Assembly: GCA_030648055.1 (NCBI GenBank)
Contig: JAUSHI010000009.1
Location: forward strand, 47,722 to 111,721
DNA: 64,000 bases
Source of the DNA: a bacterium
GTDB lineage: Bacteria > Patescibacteriota > Minisyncoccia > Sungbacterales > SURF-37
Direction of reading: 5' to 3'
Shown here one piece after another: positions 20,685 to 29,587 of this stretch. Each line of letters begins with the position of its first letter. Positions within the stretch are counted from its first letter, which is position 1. The notes under the pieces were generated by a model. It saw only the letters and a list, made by a program, of their open reading frames with translations. It had not been told where the DNA came from and ran no database searches. The position numbers and the translations under genes are program-made.

Positions 20685-21658
20685 ATGTCAATAGCAGGAC
20701 CTCAATACTCCATAGTTATTCCAACTTATAATCGCGCCAAAACTCTCGCTTTAACCCTAAATTCTGTTTGCCAACAAACCCTTTCGCCTGAAAAATATGA
20801 GATCTTGGTGGTTGATGACGGATCATCGGATAACACTAAAGAAGTTGTTTTACATATCCAAAAAAATATTCTCACTGCGGTATCCTTTATTTCCATGAAC
20901 AAACCGGCGGTCCCGCTAAGGCCAGGAACTTGGGCATCAAAGAATCCAAAGGCGAAATTATATTTTTTACCGATGACGACTGCATAGTGCCGCCGGACTG
21001 GATGGCAACGCTTTTAGACGGATATAAGAGACATACGGAGGTTGTCGGGGTGGGGGGATGGCATATACCGCCGGATGGAGAACTTGAAAAAAGCGCTACC
21101 TCGCGATATACCCATTATGAAAGTTTTTATCACGACCGTTTTAACCAATCTCTTATATTTTATGAGGTTTTGACTAATAATCCTGTTATGTTTTTTGGAA
21201 CTTTCGCTTATAACACGGCGAATATATGCTATAAAAAGGAAATATTGCGAAAGGTCGGCGGTTTCAAAGAAGATTTTTACTGGCCCGGAAGCGAAGATAA
21301 CGACCTTGCCTTTAGAGTCGCGCAAGCCGGGTACTGTCTGCTTTATCTGCCATTTAATGTAATCCATTCAAAAGCCATGAATTTGTTAGAATTTATGAAA
21401 CTCCATTTCCGCCGAGGGGCCAATGGTTACTTTTTGCGTACTATGCATGTTGATATTCTCAAAAAACAAAACCCCGGATTTATTAAAGATTATGGTTCGA
21501 TAAAATATTTTATCCATCATCTCAATGGTCCGGAAAAGTTTTTGGCATTTTTGGAATGGCTTAGTTTAAACGCTGGCATTATGTATATGAAAAATAAATT
21601 AACCGAACGCGACAAGCCAGTACTTTCCAAACCAGAGGAAAAAATTAGTAACGATTGA
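20685..21658 (+). pseudogene. GT2 glycosyltransferase split by a frameshift at an A7 tract
   Basis: SIVIPTYNR...VVDDGS in one frame; GGPAKARNLG...FTDDDC...EDND in the other; A7 at 20860-20866. Confidence 0.8.
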
Positions 21659-22702
21659 AACAAAAGAAAAGCGGACCATGTCCGGAATGGACTTTGAAAA
21701 TAAAGGCGGTTGGCTTCTGCTTGTAAAAATAATTTTGGAATCGTTTATGGTCCGTTTTAAAAAAAATAAAAAATCTGGGTTTTGGCGAATATCCGGATGC
21801 AGTAAATATAGAAAATGCCAATCTAAGCCCTGAAGAAGGCACTTTTTTATGTGAATGCCAAGCGAAAAATCCGCGAAATGCTTTACCATTTTCGGTTCGT
21901 ATAAAAGTTTTAATCCTAATTTACGCGCTCTTATTTTAAATTCCATAAAGCCGACATGCTTAAAATACGGATTGAATCCGCCCAACTTTTCAAAAATTTC
22001 TCTACGGTAGCAAACATTGGCGGTTAAGCCGCATTGATTATTTAGAATATCAAAGTTTTTTGTGCGAACATGCGTGCGGTAAAAATGCTTCCACATTGTA
22101 AACCGGTGATAAATATCAAGGGGGGGTTTTATCGGCCAAGGTTCTTTAAATCCGCCGACTCCGGCGATTTCCGGGTTGGCTTCCAGTTCTCGCTTGAATT
22201 CAAAAAGCCAGTCTGGCGGGACAATACAGTCGTCGTCGGTAAAGGCGAGCAAATTTCCCTGCGAATTTAAAACGGCGACATTTCGCGCTAAATCGGCGCC
22301 GTAATTTTTTTTTAATTTGATATAAACCATACTCGTCTGTCTATTTTGATCCGCAAAATCCTCCACCGCTTTTTCGGTCTTATCTTTTGAACCGTTATCA
22401 ATTATTACTATCTCAAATTCATCCAAAGAAATATTCTTCTGCCCTATTACGGCGTTAACGGTTTTTAAAAGCAGGTCGCGGCGATTATAAGTTGGAACGA
22501 TTATACTAAATAGAACAACGTTTTTTTTATTAGAGCCGAATTTTGTGACATTCTCAATGTAAGAAGTATAATCATCGCGCAAAAAATTGTTATCCTCGGG
22601 AGGAGTTTCCCCGTAAAAAAATTCAATCAGTTCACGATAGGAGGTATTGTCCTGCTCTATACGACAAATAATGCGCAGAGTTTTTAAAAAATTAGACGAC
22701 AT
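21599..22702 (-). CDS. GT2 glycosyltransferase with N-terminal extension
   Basis: SIIVPTYNR, IIDNGS, ARN, FTDDDC, LGGF. Confidence 0.88.
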   Translation of the reverse strand: MSSNFLKTLRIICRIEQDNTSYRELIEFFYGETPPEDNNFLRDDYTSYIENVTKFGSNKKNVVLFSIIVPTYNRRDLLLKTVNAVIGQKNISLDEFEIVIIDNGSKDKTEKAVEDFADQNRQTSMVYIKLKKNYGADLARNVAVLNSQGNLLAFTDDDCIVPPDWLFEFKRELEANPEIAGVGGFKEPWPIKPPLDIYHRFTMWKHFYRTHVRTKNFDILNNQCGLTANVCYRREIFEKLGGFNPYFKHVGFMEFKIRARKLGLKLLYEPKMVKHFADFSLGIHIKKCLLQGLDWHFLYLLHPDIRQNPDFLFFLKRTINDSKIIFTSRSQPPLFSKSIPDMVRFSFVSIVTNFFLWFGKYWLVAFG

Positions 22703-23567
22703 GTTGATAATAACTTTCATAATCTTCTTTTAATCCTGAAAATAAAGGTTGAAATTTTAATCCCAGCGCTTTAATTTTGCTGTTGTCGCATATCATATTT
22801 TCATTGGCAAAAGGGAACTCTTCTTTGTCAAAATTTTTTCCGGCGGCAGGCGGATTGAACCGCAAAACTGGATCCTTACCGGAGATTTTTCCCATCATCT
22901 TCACCAAATCAATAAGTGTTATTGTTTCGTCTCCGGCGCAGTTAAATGCGCCGACAGCGCGTTTTTCCGCAATCGCCGCGATTGCTTCGGCTACTTCTTC
23001 GGCAAACACAAATTGAATTTTGGCTTGACCATCGCCTGGTAAAATAAGCGGCCGGTTATTTTGAATTCGTGTATAGATAAAGCGTTCGCGGTTCTGATAA
23101 TTTTTTGGTCCTAAAATATAGACCGGACGAAACGAGGCATATTTTATTCCGCTTTCTTCAAGAACTTTTTCGCACCCAGCCTTGCCCCTGCCGTAGTTGC
23201 CCCAAATCGGCCAATCGCCTACGGGAGAAAGTTCGGTTAATGGAAACAAATGGGGTTTTTTATAAACCGCGGCGGTGCTAAAATGTAAAAAGAAGTCAAA
23301 ACGCAATTCCCGTATAGCGTTTTCGGTTTGCGCTTCGCTGTAAGCGCACATATCTATCACTGTATCAAAGCGCTCTTTCAGATTGTATCCTCTGTTTCTG
23401 TCACCTGTTACAAAACGCGCTTTCGCCGGATATTCTAACTGTATCAATCCGCGATTAAATATAGTTAAATTATGTCCGCGGTTTAACAGAAGTTCTACGA
23501 GATAGGGCCCCACAAAACGCGAGCCGCCGATTATTAAAATATTTTGCTTGTCAGGAGAGGTCATCAT
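22692..23567 (-). CDS. NAD-dependent epimerase/dehydratase (atypical SDR)
   Basis: IIGGSRFVG, YGRGK, RPVYILGP. Confidence 0.85.
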   Translation of the reverse strand: MMTSPDKQNILIIGGSRFVGPYLVELLLNRGHNLTIFNRGLIQLEYPAKARFVTGDRNRGYNLKERFDTVIDMCAYSEAQTENAIRELRFDFFLHFSTAAVYKKPHLFPLTELSPVGDWPIWGNYGRGKAGCEKVLEESGIKYASFRPVYILGPKNYQNRERFIYTRIQNNRPLILPGDGQAKIQFVFAEEVAEAIAAIAEKRAVGAFNCAGDETITLIDLVKMMGKISGKDPVLRFNPPAAGKNFDKEEFPFANENMICDNSKIKALGLKFQPLFSGLKEDYESYYQHVV

Positions 23568-23573
23568 ATCATT

Positions 23574-23664
23574 GTGTATAACACATTTGCCAAGACGCTG
23601 AAAATAGTTGTATTATTATAGTGTATAACACATTTGCCAAGACGCTGAAAATAGTTGTATTATT
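23574..23664 (+). repeat. Perfect 44-bp direct repeat (period 47) containing a promoter-like TTGCCA-N18-TATTAT
   Basis: gtgtataacacatttgccaagacgctgaaaatagttgtattatt at 23574-23617 and 23621-23664. Confidence 0.9.
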
Positions 23665-23694
23665 GTAAATATAAAAAATAAATTTTTAACTATT

Positions 23695-25149
23695 GTGAAA
23701 AACCTTTTTAATTCTCTTAAGTTTATTTTTAGAGCGTTTCTTTTAGTTATTATCTTACTGTTTGGCTGGGCGTTTATTAATGTCGCCAATTTAATCAAGG
23801 GCAAAAAAACGCCGGACAAAGATTCTTTGTCCGCCAACCCGTTTGGGGCGGATGAAGCAAGGGCTGACACTCCGGGAGGAGGGGGTTTTTCTTCTTGCCC
23901 TTTTCTCGCTTGTTTTAATGGAAAAGAATACAAATTAGAAAATGATATTCTTTTTGGAAGACCAAAGAGCTACTGGCCTACATACGAAACAGCCAAAGCC
24001 ATGTACGAAGATGGCCGTATAAGCCCCGATCTTTACAAAATCACCAGCCCAATAAGGCCCCATAATAATAAATTGCTTTTTCAAATTCAGGAAATAGAAC
24101 CGGAAGAAAGTTTCTTTAAGCAACTTCGTTTAAAAAGAGTTTTACATCCCCAAAATACGGAAGTCATCGTGGACTCTGAATTTAAGAAGTATTACGTTCT
24201 CCCCCAAACCGAATTTCTAAAAAGCATTATTCTTCCATCGCTTGTAAAAAATGCTGATAAAAAAGATGTGGCGGTAAGTTTTAGTTTAGGCCGGGTCTTT
24301 GTAAGCGATACGGAAGGGGACGATGGAATTAAATTTCAAAAAAACGAAGAGTTTTATTTTTATTTTAAAGACCTAAATCCTAAAGAGACTTCCCATCTTT
24401 TACTGTCTTCATTTAATCGTGACTGGCAGTTAGGATATCAAGAAGAATGGGTTGCCAACCCCCAGTTTAATATTCGCGCACTTATTAGCCGTTTAGATTT
24501 TGCGCGTGTTGGGGTCGGAGTCGCGTTACTAATTGGTGCTTGGATATCGGGAAAATGGGGTTCTGTTGCGACCGCTGCGGTATTGAGCCCTTTTTTTATC
24601 GGAGCAGGGCAAGCGGGTTGCTCATTTATAATTGAATATAAAGATAGGGACGAAACCTATTCAAGAGTAGCGGTTACTGAAGCAAGGGCATGGAAATACA
24701 ATACGGAAATTATTGAAATTCCTCGGGACAGTATTACGCCAAGTGGTGAGCTTGAGTTAAGAATAAAGTCGTCAAAAAGACATGTTCTTGGTTTCGCTGG
24801 GATATCTCAAAAAATAGAGTCGCTTAATAATAAAAATTATCAAGAAGAAATATTACCGTTAATTACAGCCGAGCATAGTAGATTACGAAAAGACGTTTCG
24901 GGCGACCTTAAGAGTAGAGAGGGATCGTATGTTCATACAATACCGGGCGATACGATTAATCTTGAGTTTAGTGTTCCGGAAAGTTTGGTTTCCGATGAAA
25001 ACAAGGAAACATATCTTATTCAGTCATCCGGTTTTTACACATCCCTTAGGCCGGAAAATATGAAGCTCGCCGGCAATTGGAAAGAAAAAATCTCTCAAGA
25101 GGCAAAAGAACGTCTTGAAAAACTTGTTTCGCTAAGTTCTTATAAATAA
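23695..25149 (+). CDS. Hypothetical membrane/exported protein with Gly-linker and SCPF motif
   Basis: 484-aa ORF; N-terminal TM; ARADTPGGGGFSSCPF; internal hydrophobic segment. Confidence 0.75.
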   Translation: MKNLFNSLKFIFRAFLLVIILLFGWAFINVANLIKGKKTPDKDSLSANPFGADEARADTPGGGGFSSCPFLACFNGKEYKLENDILFGRPKSYWPTYETAKAMYEDGRISPDLYKITSPIRPHNNKLLFQIQEIEPEESFFKQLRLKRVLHPQNTEVIVDSEFKKYYVLPQTEFLKSIILPSLVKNADKKDVAVSFSLGRVFVSDTEGDDGIKFQKNEEFYFYFKDLNPKETSHLLLSSFNRDWQLGYQEEWVANPQFNIRALISRLDFARVGVGVALLIGAWISGKWGSVATAAVLSPFFIGAGQAGCSFIIEYKDRDETYSRVAVTEARAWKYNTEIIEIPRDSITPSGELELRIKSSKRHVLGFAGISQKIESLNNKNYQEEILPLITAEHSRLRKDVSGDLKSREGSYVHTIPGDTINLEFSVPESLVSDENKETYLIQSSGFYTSLRPENMKLAGNWKEKISQEAKERLEKLVSLSSYK

Positions 25150-25174
25150 ATTTATTTTTAGTTTAGATATTGCT

Positions 25175-26251
25175 ATGAAAGAATGGCTAATAAATAAAAA
25201 GTTTATTGTAATTTTAGTAGCTTTAGCGGTTTTGTTTTTGGCCGCTTTTTGGGGGGCGCGCTTTGCCGCTTCTTATTATTACGAAAAAGGCGCGGGGATG
25301 TTTTTACAAAATAATTTTGAAGCTGCTAAAAGTAACTTTACCACGTCTTTAATATTTAATTCTAAAAATCCCAAAACCCATTATTTTCTCGGGAAAATAG
25401 CTTTAGGCCCGCCAGTACCCAGACAACTTGTTTACCATCCTCGGGCCGATTATAAAGAAGCGGTTAAACATTACGACAAAGCGATGTTATTCGGTCTTGA
25501 GCAAAAAAACCAGAATTTATATAAAGTCGCTCTTGATGATTTAGGCAACGCGTATTGGAATTTAAATGAGCTGGACAAGGCGCGCGAAAAATATTCTGAA
25601 AAATTATCAAAATTTCCAGAATCATCTTTTTGGGCGAGGTATTTTATCGCGTGGGACGACTTTTACCGTCTTAACAAGCCAGAAGAGGCTTTAGAAATAT
25701 TGCCGACCACTTTAAGTATTACAATGTCAGACAACGATAGATGGAATCTTTTTAGAATTCATGTGCTTTTATCTCGTCTCAATTTATATTTTGGCAATTA
25801 CGCCAACGCCATAAAATACGCCAAATTGGTTATTGAAAATGTTGAGCCCGAAAACAAATATGAAGGAATTCAGGCCGCTCATGCGCTTTTAGCAGTTGAT
25901 TATGGCCGCCAGAAAAATTTTTCTTTAGCCGAAGGCGAAGTAAAAAAGGCCAACGATTTAGCTGGAGTGATCGGCGCTTACAATTGTTCTCTCGCAGTGG
26001 CTTATATCAGCGGTGAAAATTATCTCAAAGCAATTTTAATAGCCGAAAAAACGGATAAGACCGCTCTGACTTATATAAATTCTCTCTGTATTCAGTCTTT
26101 GGCTATTTCTTATTTAGCGAAAGGCGACAAAATTAACGCCAAGAAGTATCTTGAAGAGTATTTGAATTTTACTGAAAAATTATCGGAAAAAAATATTTTT
26201 GTAATGCGCAATCGCCAACAATTTTCTGACGAGCTTTTGAAATTAAAATGA
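25175..26251 (+). CDS. Membrane-anchored TPR protein
   Basis: N-terminal TM, then Ala/Tyr/Leu-rich helical repeats (LGNAYW, A..Y). Confidence 0.8.
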   Translation: MKEWLINKKFIVILVALAVLFLAAFWGARFAASYYYEKGAGMFLQNNFEAAKSNFTTSLIFNSKNPKTHYFLGKIALGPPVPRQLVYHPRADYKEAVKHYDKAMLFGLEQKNQNLYKVALDDLGNAYWNLNELDKAREKYSEKLSKFPESSFWARYFIAWDDFYRLNKPEEALEILPTTLSITMSDNDRWNLFRIHVLLSRLNLYFGNYANAIKYAKLVIENVEPENKYEGIQAAHALLAVDYGRQKNFSLAEGEVKKANDLAGVIGAYNCSLAVAYISGENYLKAILIAEKTDKTALTYINSLCIQSLAISYLAKGDKINAKKYLEEYLNFTEKLSEKNIFVMRNRQQFSDELLKLK

Positions 26252-27039
26252 CTTATTTAAAAACTAAAAAAGGGCCTCTCTGGTTTTCAATCGGAGCAGT
26301 GGTTATTTTTTCATTTTTTCTTTCACGGGACAGCTTAGCTCGTTTTGCTTGGCAAAAATACCACAGCGCAAATCTCGCGTTTTTTTTAGATCACGGCGAT
26401 GCTGATTTAGCTCTTAAAATAGGCAATTACTATTTTAATGTTTATAAAGACGGTGTGTATGACCTTAATAAGGCGAAAAAATATTTTAATAAAGCGCTGG
26501 AAATTGACCCTAAAACGCCGGATGCCTGGCATCAGCTAGCAAGAATTGATTTTTTGAAAGGCGATTTTACTTTGGCTCTTGAAAAAATAAATAAACAAAT
26601 AGAAATCCACGGCGACTCGTTCATGGCATCTTTTTATATTCGCGGACTTATTGAGGGGTACGCCGGCGACTTTGATCAAGCCGAAAAAGATTTTAAAAAG
26701 TTCATTGAATGGGACCGGCAGAATTGGGCGGCCCTAAACGATCTTGCTTGGATTTATTTTAAAAAAGGCGATTACAAAAATGCCGAAAATATGGCAGAAA
26801 TCGGCCTTAAAATTGCCCCTCAAAATCCATGGCTTTTAACGGTTTTTGGCGTATCTATGCTCAACCAAAACCAAAAAGAAGAAGCTAAAAAAGCCTTTAT
26901 TCAGGCTAAAATCAATGCCAATTTATTAACGGAAGCGGACTGGCACAAAGCCTATCCAGGCAATGATCCTAAATCGGCGGGAAAAGGCCTTGAATCAATG
27001 AAAAAGATAATTGAATCTGACTTAAGTCTTATCCAGTAA
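26248..27039 (+). CDS. Membrane-anchored TPR protein
   Basis: AKKYFNKALEIDP, AWHQLARI, ALNDLAWIY. Confidence 0.85.
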   Translation: MTYLKTKKGPLWFSIGAVVIFSFFLSRDSLARFAWQKYHSANLAFFLDHGDADLALKIGNYYFNVYKDGVYDLNKAKKYFNKALEIDPKTPDAWHQLARIDFLKGDFTLALEKINKQIEIHGDSFMASFYIRGLIEGYAGDFDQAEKDFKKFIEWDRQNWAALNDLAWIYFKKGDYKNAENMAEIGLKIAPQNPWLLTVFGVSMLNQNQKEEAKKAFIQAKINANLLTEADWHKAYPGNDPKSAGKGLESMKKIIESDLSLIQ

Positions 27040-27098
27040 AATAAATTGTGTGAATAAATTAATTGTGGTTTACCCGCTATTTAATATATGATAGTTAT

Positions 27099-27743
27099 AT
27101 GAGCTTTAATTTTAAAATGACAAAAGAGGTTGTCCGTTTAGGAACGGTGCTGATTATTTTACTTTTAATTCTAAGCCTCGGCCAAATTAAAGGAAAAGTC
27201 GCTTACTTAGATACGGAATCCATTGAAACCGGCCAGTCTTTTGTTCAAACCGGCCCCGGAATCGGCGCTGTTATTCCGGCATCCTGTCCTTCTTACGCAC
27301 ATTGGGAGAGCGAATGTTGGCAACCTCCGGCTCCGGAGCCGGCACCACCTTCAGAGCCATCGCCTCCTCCACCCCCTCCTCCACCTCCCTCGCCCCCACC
27401 CCCTCCTTCAGCGCCGGTTATTGGACCTGGCTCAGGCGGCGGTAGCGGAGGTGGCGGAGGTGGCGTTGGCGGTGGCGGTGGAGCAGGAAGTTTTACCGTA
27501 ACTCCTACTGGTTCAATTAACCCCGGTGAATCGGCAACACTTTCATGGACGACAAGCAATGCAACTTCATGCTCTATTGACCAAGGGATTGGCGGAGTGC
27601 CCATAAACGGGAGCACAATTGTAAGTCCAATGACAACAACGACATACACTCTGACCTGCTCCGGCCCCGGAGGAGCGGCGCAGGCCACGGCGACGGTTAC
27701 TGTTTCCGGAATACCGCATTTTGAAGAAGTGGTGCCGGAGTAA
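27099..27743 (+). CDS. Surface protein with Pro-rich/Gly-rich linker and C-terminal PKD/Ig-like domain
   Basis: TM, poly-Pro, poly-Gly, then TLSWTTSNATSC...TTTYTLTCSGPGG. Confidence 0.75.
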   Translation: MSFNFKMTKEVVRLGTVLIILLLILSLGQIKGKVAYLDTESIETGQSFVQTGPGIGAVIPASCPSYAHWESECWQPPAPEPAPPSEPSPPPPPPPPPSPPPPPSAPVIGPGSGGGSGGGGGGVGGGGGAGSFTVTPTGSINPGESATLSWTTSNATSCSIDQGIGGVPINGSTIVSPMTTTTYTLTCSGPGGAAQATATVTVSGIPHFEEVVPE

Positions 27744-27752
27744 ATCCAAAGG

Positions 27753-27792
27753 CAAAACCATCCCTCCGCATTCATGCGGAGGGATGGTTTTG
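27753..27792. terminator. Perfect 19-bp-arm hairpin (probable terminator)
   Basis: caaaaccatccctccgcat-tc-atgcggagggatggttttg. Confidence 0.65.
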
Positions 27793-27890
27793 GATTCAAG
27801 AGTCTCATAACCATAAACATTTCAGCATAAATTCCCGTTAAATGTGCTATCGCTTGCTAAAACGGCATTTGTTAGCTACTGTCAAACGTA

Positions 27891-28469
27891 ATGGGACGAG
27901 GTAAAGATATAAAACCCAGATTGGGCCCAGTGATGCAGAAAATATTGCTACTCTTGGCCGGAGGTTCTGCGCTCGGGCTTTCTCGGAGGCCCGATACTTA
28001 TTTTCGAATTCTCAGAGGCATCACAAAGGAATGGCGGGCAATAGAACGGCGGCGCCTTCACGAGGCAATAAGAAATCTTTATAGTTCACAGTTGGTTGAC
28101 TGCCGAGAGCATCCCGATGGCACGGCCTCTTTGGTGTTGACCAATAGTGGTAAGGAGCGAGTGCTACATTATGATCCCGAGGCGATAAAAATAAAGCGCC
28201 CTAAACGGTGGGATGGTTTGTGGCGGGTTGTTATGTTTGATATTCCCGAGCTCCAGAAACGAGCGCGCGACGCGCTTTCATTTAAATTAAGACAGATCGG
28301 TTTTTATCCAATGCAAAAGAGCGTGTTTGTACATCCGTACGATTGTAAAGATGAAATAGATTTTCTTATTGAATTCCATCAGGTTAGACCGCACGTGAGA
28401 TTTTTATTGGTAAAAGAAACTGACATCGATTTGAAACTAAAACAGCATTTTCACATTAATATGTTATGA
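27891..28469 (+). CDS. PaaX-like protein (wHTH plus central Cas2-like domain)
   Basis: LTNSG, WDGLWRVVMFDIPE..K.ARD.L..KL..IGF..MQKSVF..PYDC. Confidence 0.85.
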   Translation: MGRGKDIKPRLGPVMQKILLLLAGGSALGLSRRPDTYFRILRGITKEWRAIERRRLHEAIRNLYSSQLVDCREHPDGTASLVLTNSGKERVLHYDPEAIKIKRPKRWDGLWRVVMFDIPELQKRARDALSFKLRQIGFYPMQKSVFVHPYDCKDEIDFLIEFHQVRPHVRFLLVKETDIDLKLKQHFHINML

Positions 28470-28473
28470 ATTA

Positions 28474-28503
28474 CCGTTTAATATGCTATAGCATATTAAA
28501 CGG
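28474..28503. repeat. Perfect 30-bp palindrome; degenerate copy at 27835-27865
   Basis: ccgtttaatatgctatagcatattaaacgg. Confidence 0.85.
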
Positions 28504-28516
28504 GCAAAAAGAAAAA

Positions 28517-28600
28517 TGGGCGAGGAGGGAGTTGAACCCTCATGAGCTTGCGCTCGCAGGATTTTGAGTCCTGTGCGTCTGCCAGTTCCGCCACTCGCCC
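28517..28600 (-). tRNA. tRNA-Leu(CAA), CCA not encoded
   Basis: GGGCGAG acceptor stem, D-loop TGGCAGA, anticodon arm cagga-CTCAAAA-tcctg, long variable arm, GGTTCAACTCC T-arm. Confidence 0.96.
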
Positions 28601-28681
28601 TTCGTTGGAGATATTTTACTCCACAATTTTAATAATTTCAATTGTTGCGGAGCTTAGTAAAATGGCTTACTGTGGAATTAC

Positions 28682-29443
28682 ATGGCTACCGTAATTTCTG
28701 TTCTCAATCAAAAAGGAGGAACCGGCAAGACAACAACTAGCGTTAATCTGTCTGCTTATTTGGTCGCCTTGGGAAAGAAAGTTCTCTTGGTTGATATTGA
28801 TCCGCAGGCTAATGCCACATCCGGGCTTGGTGTGGACCGCAAGACCCTCAAGGAAAATCTTTATCACGCGCTTGTGCTGGATGTTTCTCCGGGCGGCGTT
28901 ATAAGAAAAACACGGCTTTTAAATCTTGATATTTTACCGGGCTCGCCGGATCTTGCCGGAGCCTCGGTGGAGCTTGTTGGTATGAAAAGGCGCGAGTTTA
29001 GGCTGAGAGACCTTCTCAAAAAAGTTTCCGGAGGGTACGATTATATAATAATTGATCCTCCGCCCTCGCTCGGGCTTTTGACGCTGAATTCCATTACCGC
29101 CTCCGACAAAGTGATTATTCCCGTGCAGTGCGAGTATTACGCCATGGAGGGGTTGGCCGAGCTTTTAAGGACAATTCAGCTTGTAAAGAAAAACTTAAAA
29201 TCAAAAATTGAAGTCGGCGGGGTGGTGCTTACCATGTTTGATAAAACTTCTCGTCTTCACAGGGCGGTTGCCAAAGAAATACGGAAAAAATTTCCCGGAC
29301 ATGTGTTTGAAACGGTAGTCCCGAGAAATATCAGCCTCGCGGAGGCCCCCAGTTTCGGCAAGGCGATTCTGCAATACGACCCTTATAGCCACGGAGCAAA
29401 GGCCTATAGACAATTGGCCCAGGAACTAATACAGATGAAGTAA
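28682..29443 (+). CDS. parA: Chromosome partitioning ATPase ParA/Soj
   Basis: NQKGGTGKTT, DIDPQANAT, PPSLGLLT, PVQCEYYA. Confidence 0.96.
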   Translation: MATVISVLNQKGGTGKTTTSVNLSAYLVALGKKVLLVDIDPQANATSGLGVDRKTLKENLYHALVLDVSPGGVIRKTRLLNLDILPGSPDLAGASVELVGMKRREFRLRDLLKKVSGGYDYIIIDPPPSLGLLTLNSITASDKVIIPVQCEYYAMEGLAELLRTIQLVKKNLKSKIEVGGVVLTMFDKTSRLHRAVAKEIRKKFPGHVFETVVPRNISLAEAPSFGKAILQYDPYSHGAKAYRQLAQELIQMK

Positions 29444-29456
29444 GATAAAGAAATTT

Positions 29457-29587
29457 ATGAATCCCGTTAGAAGCCGCGGTCGCGGTGCGGGAAATATATA
29501 GTACTAATAATATGAGAAAGGAGATTATAAATTATCAGTATAATAATCAGCAGGCACCGACCGCGACCCGCTTTTAAACGGAATGAA
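29457..29587 (+). mobile_element. MITE-like palindromic insertion at the parB start codon (family F)
   Basis: ATGAA-tcccgttagaagccgcggtcgcggtgc ... gcaccgaccgcgacccgcttttaaacgga-ATGAA. Confidence 0.7.

Noticed and set aside
3221-27057. DnaA-box-like 9-mers (3221, 6211, 23573, 27049) as oriC or a regulon
   Set aside because: Scattered single matches to a degenerate consensus; a handful is expected by chance in 64 kb and they do not cluster.
27293-27820. Long antisense ORFs (e.g. 27293-27820, 59018-59623, 6254-6925, 13838-14407)
   Set aside because: Shadows of well-supported genes on the opposite strand, with no motifs or initiation signals.
27891-28469. CRISPR-Cas system (Cas2-like motif VMFDIPE...QKSVF)
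   Set aside because: No cas1 or other cas genes and no repeat-spacer array in the window; the architecture is PaaX-like.
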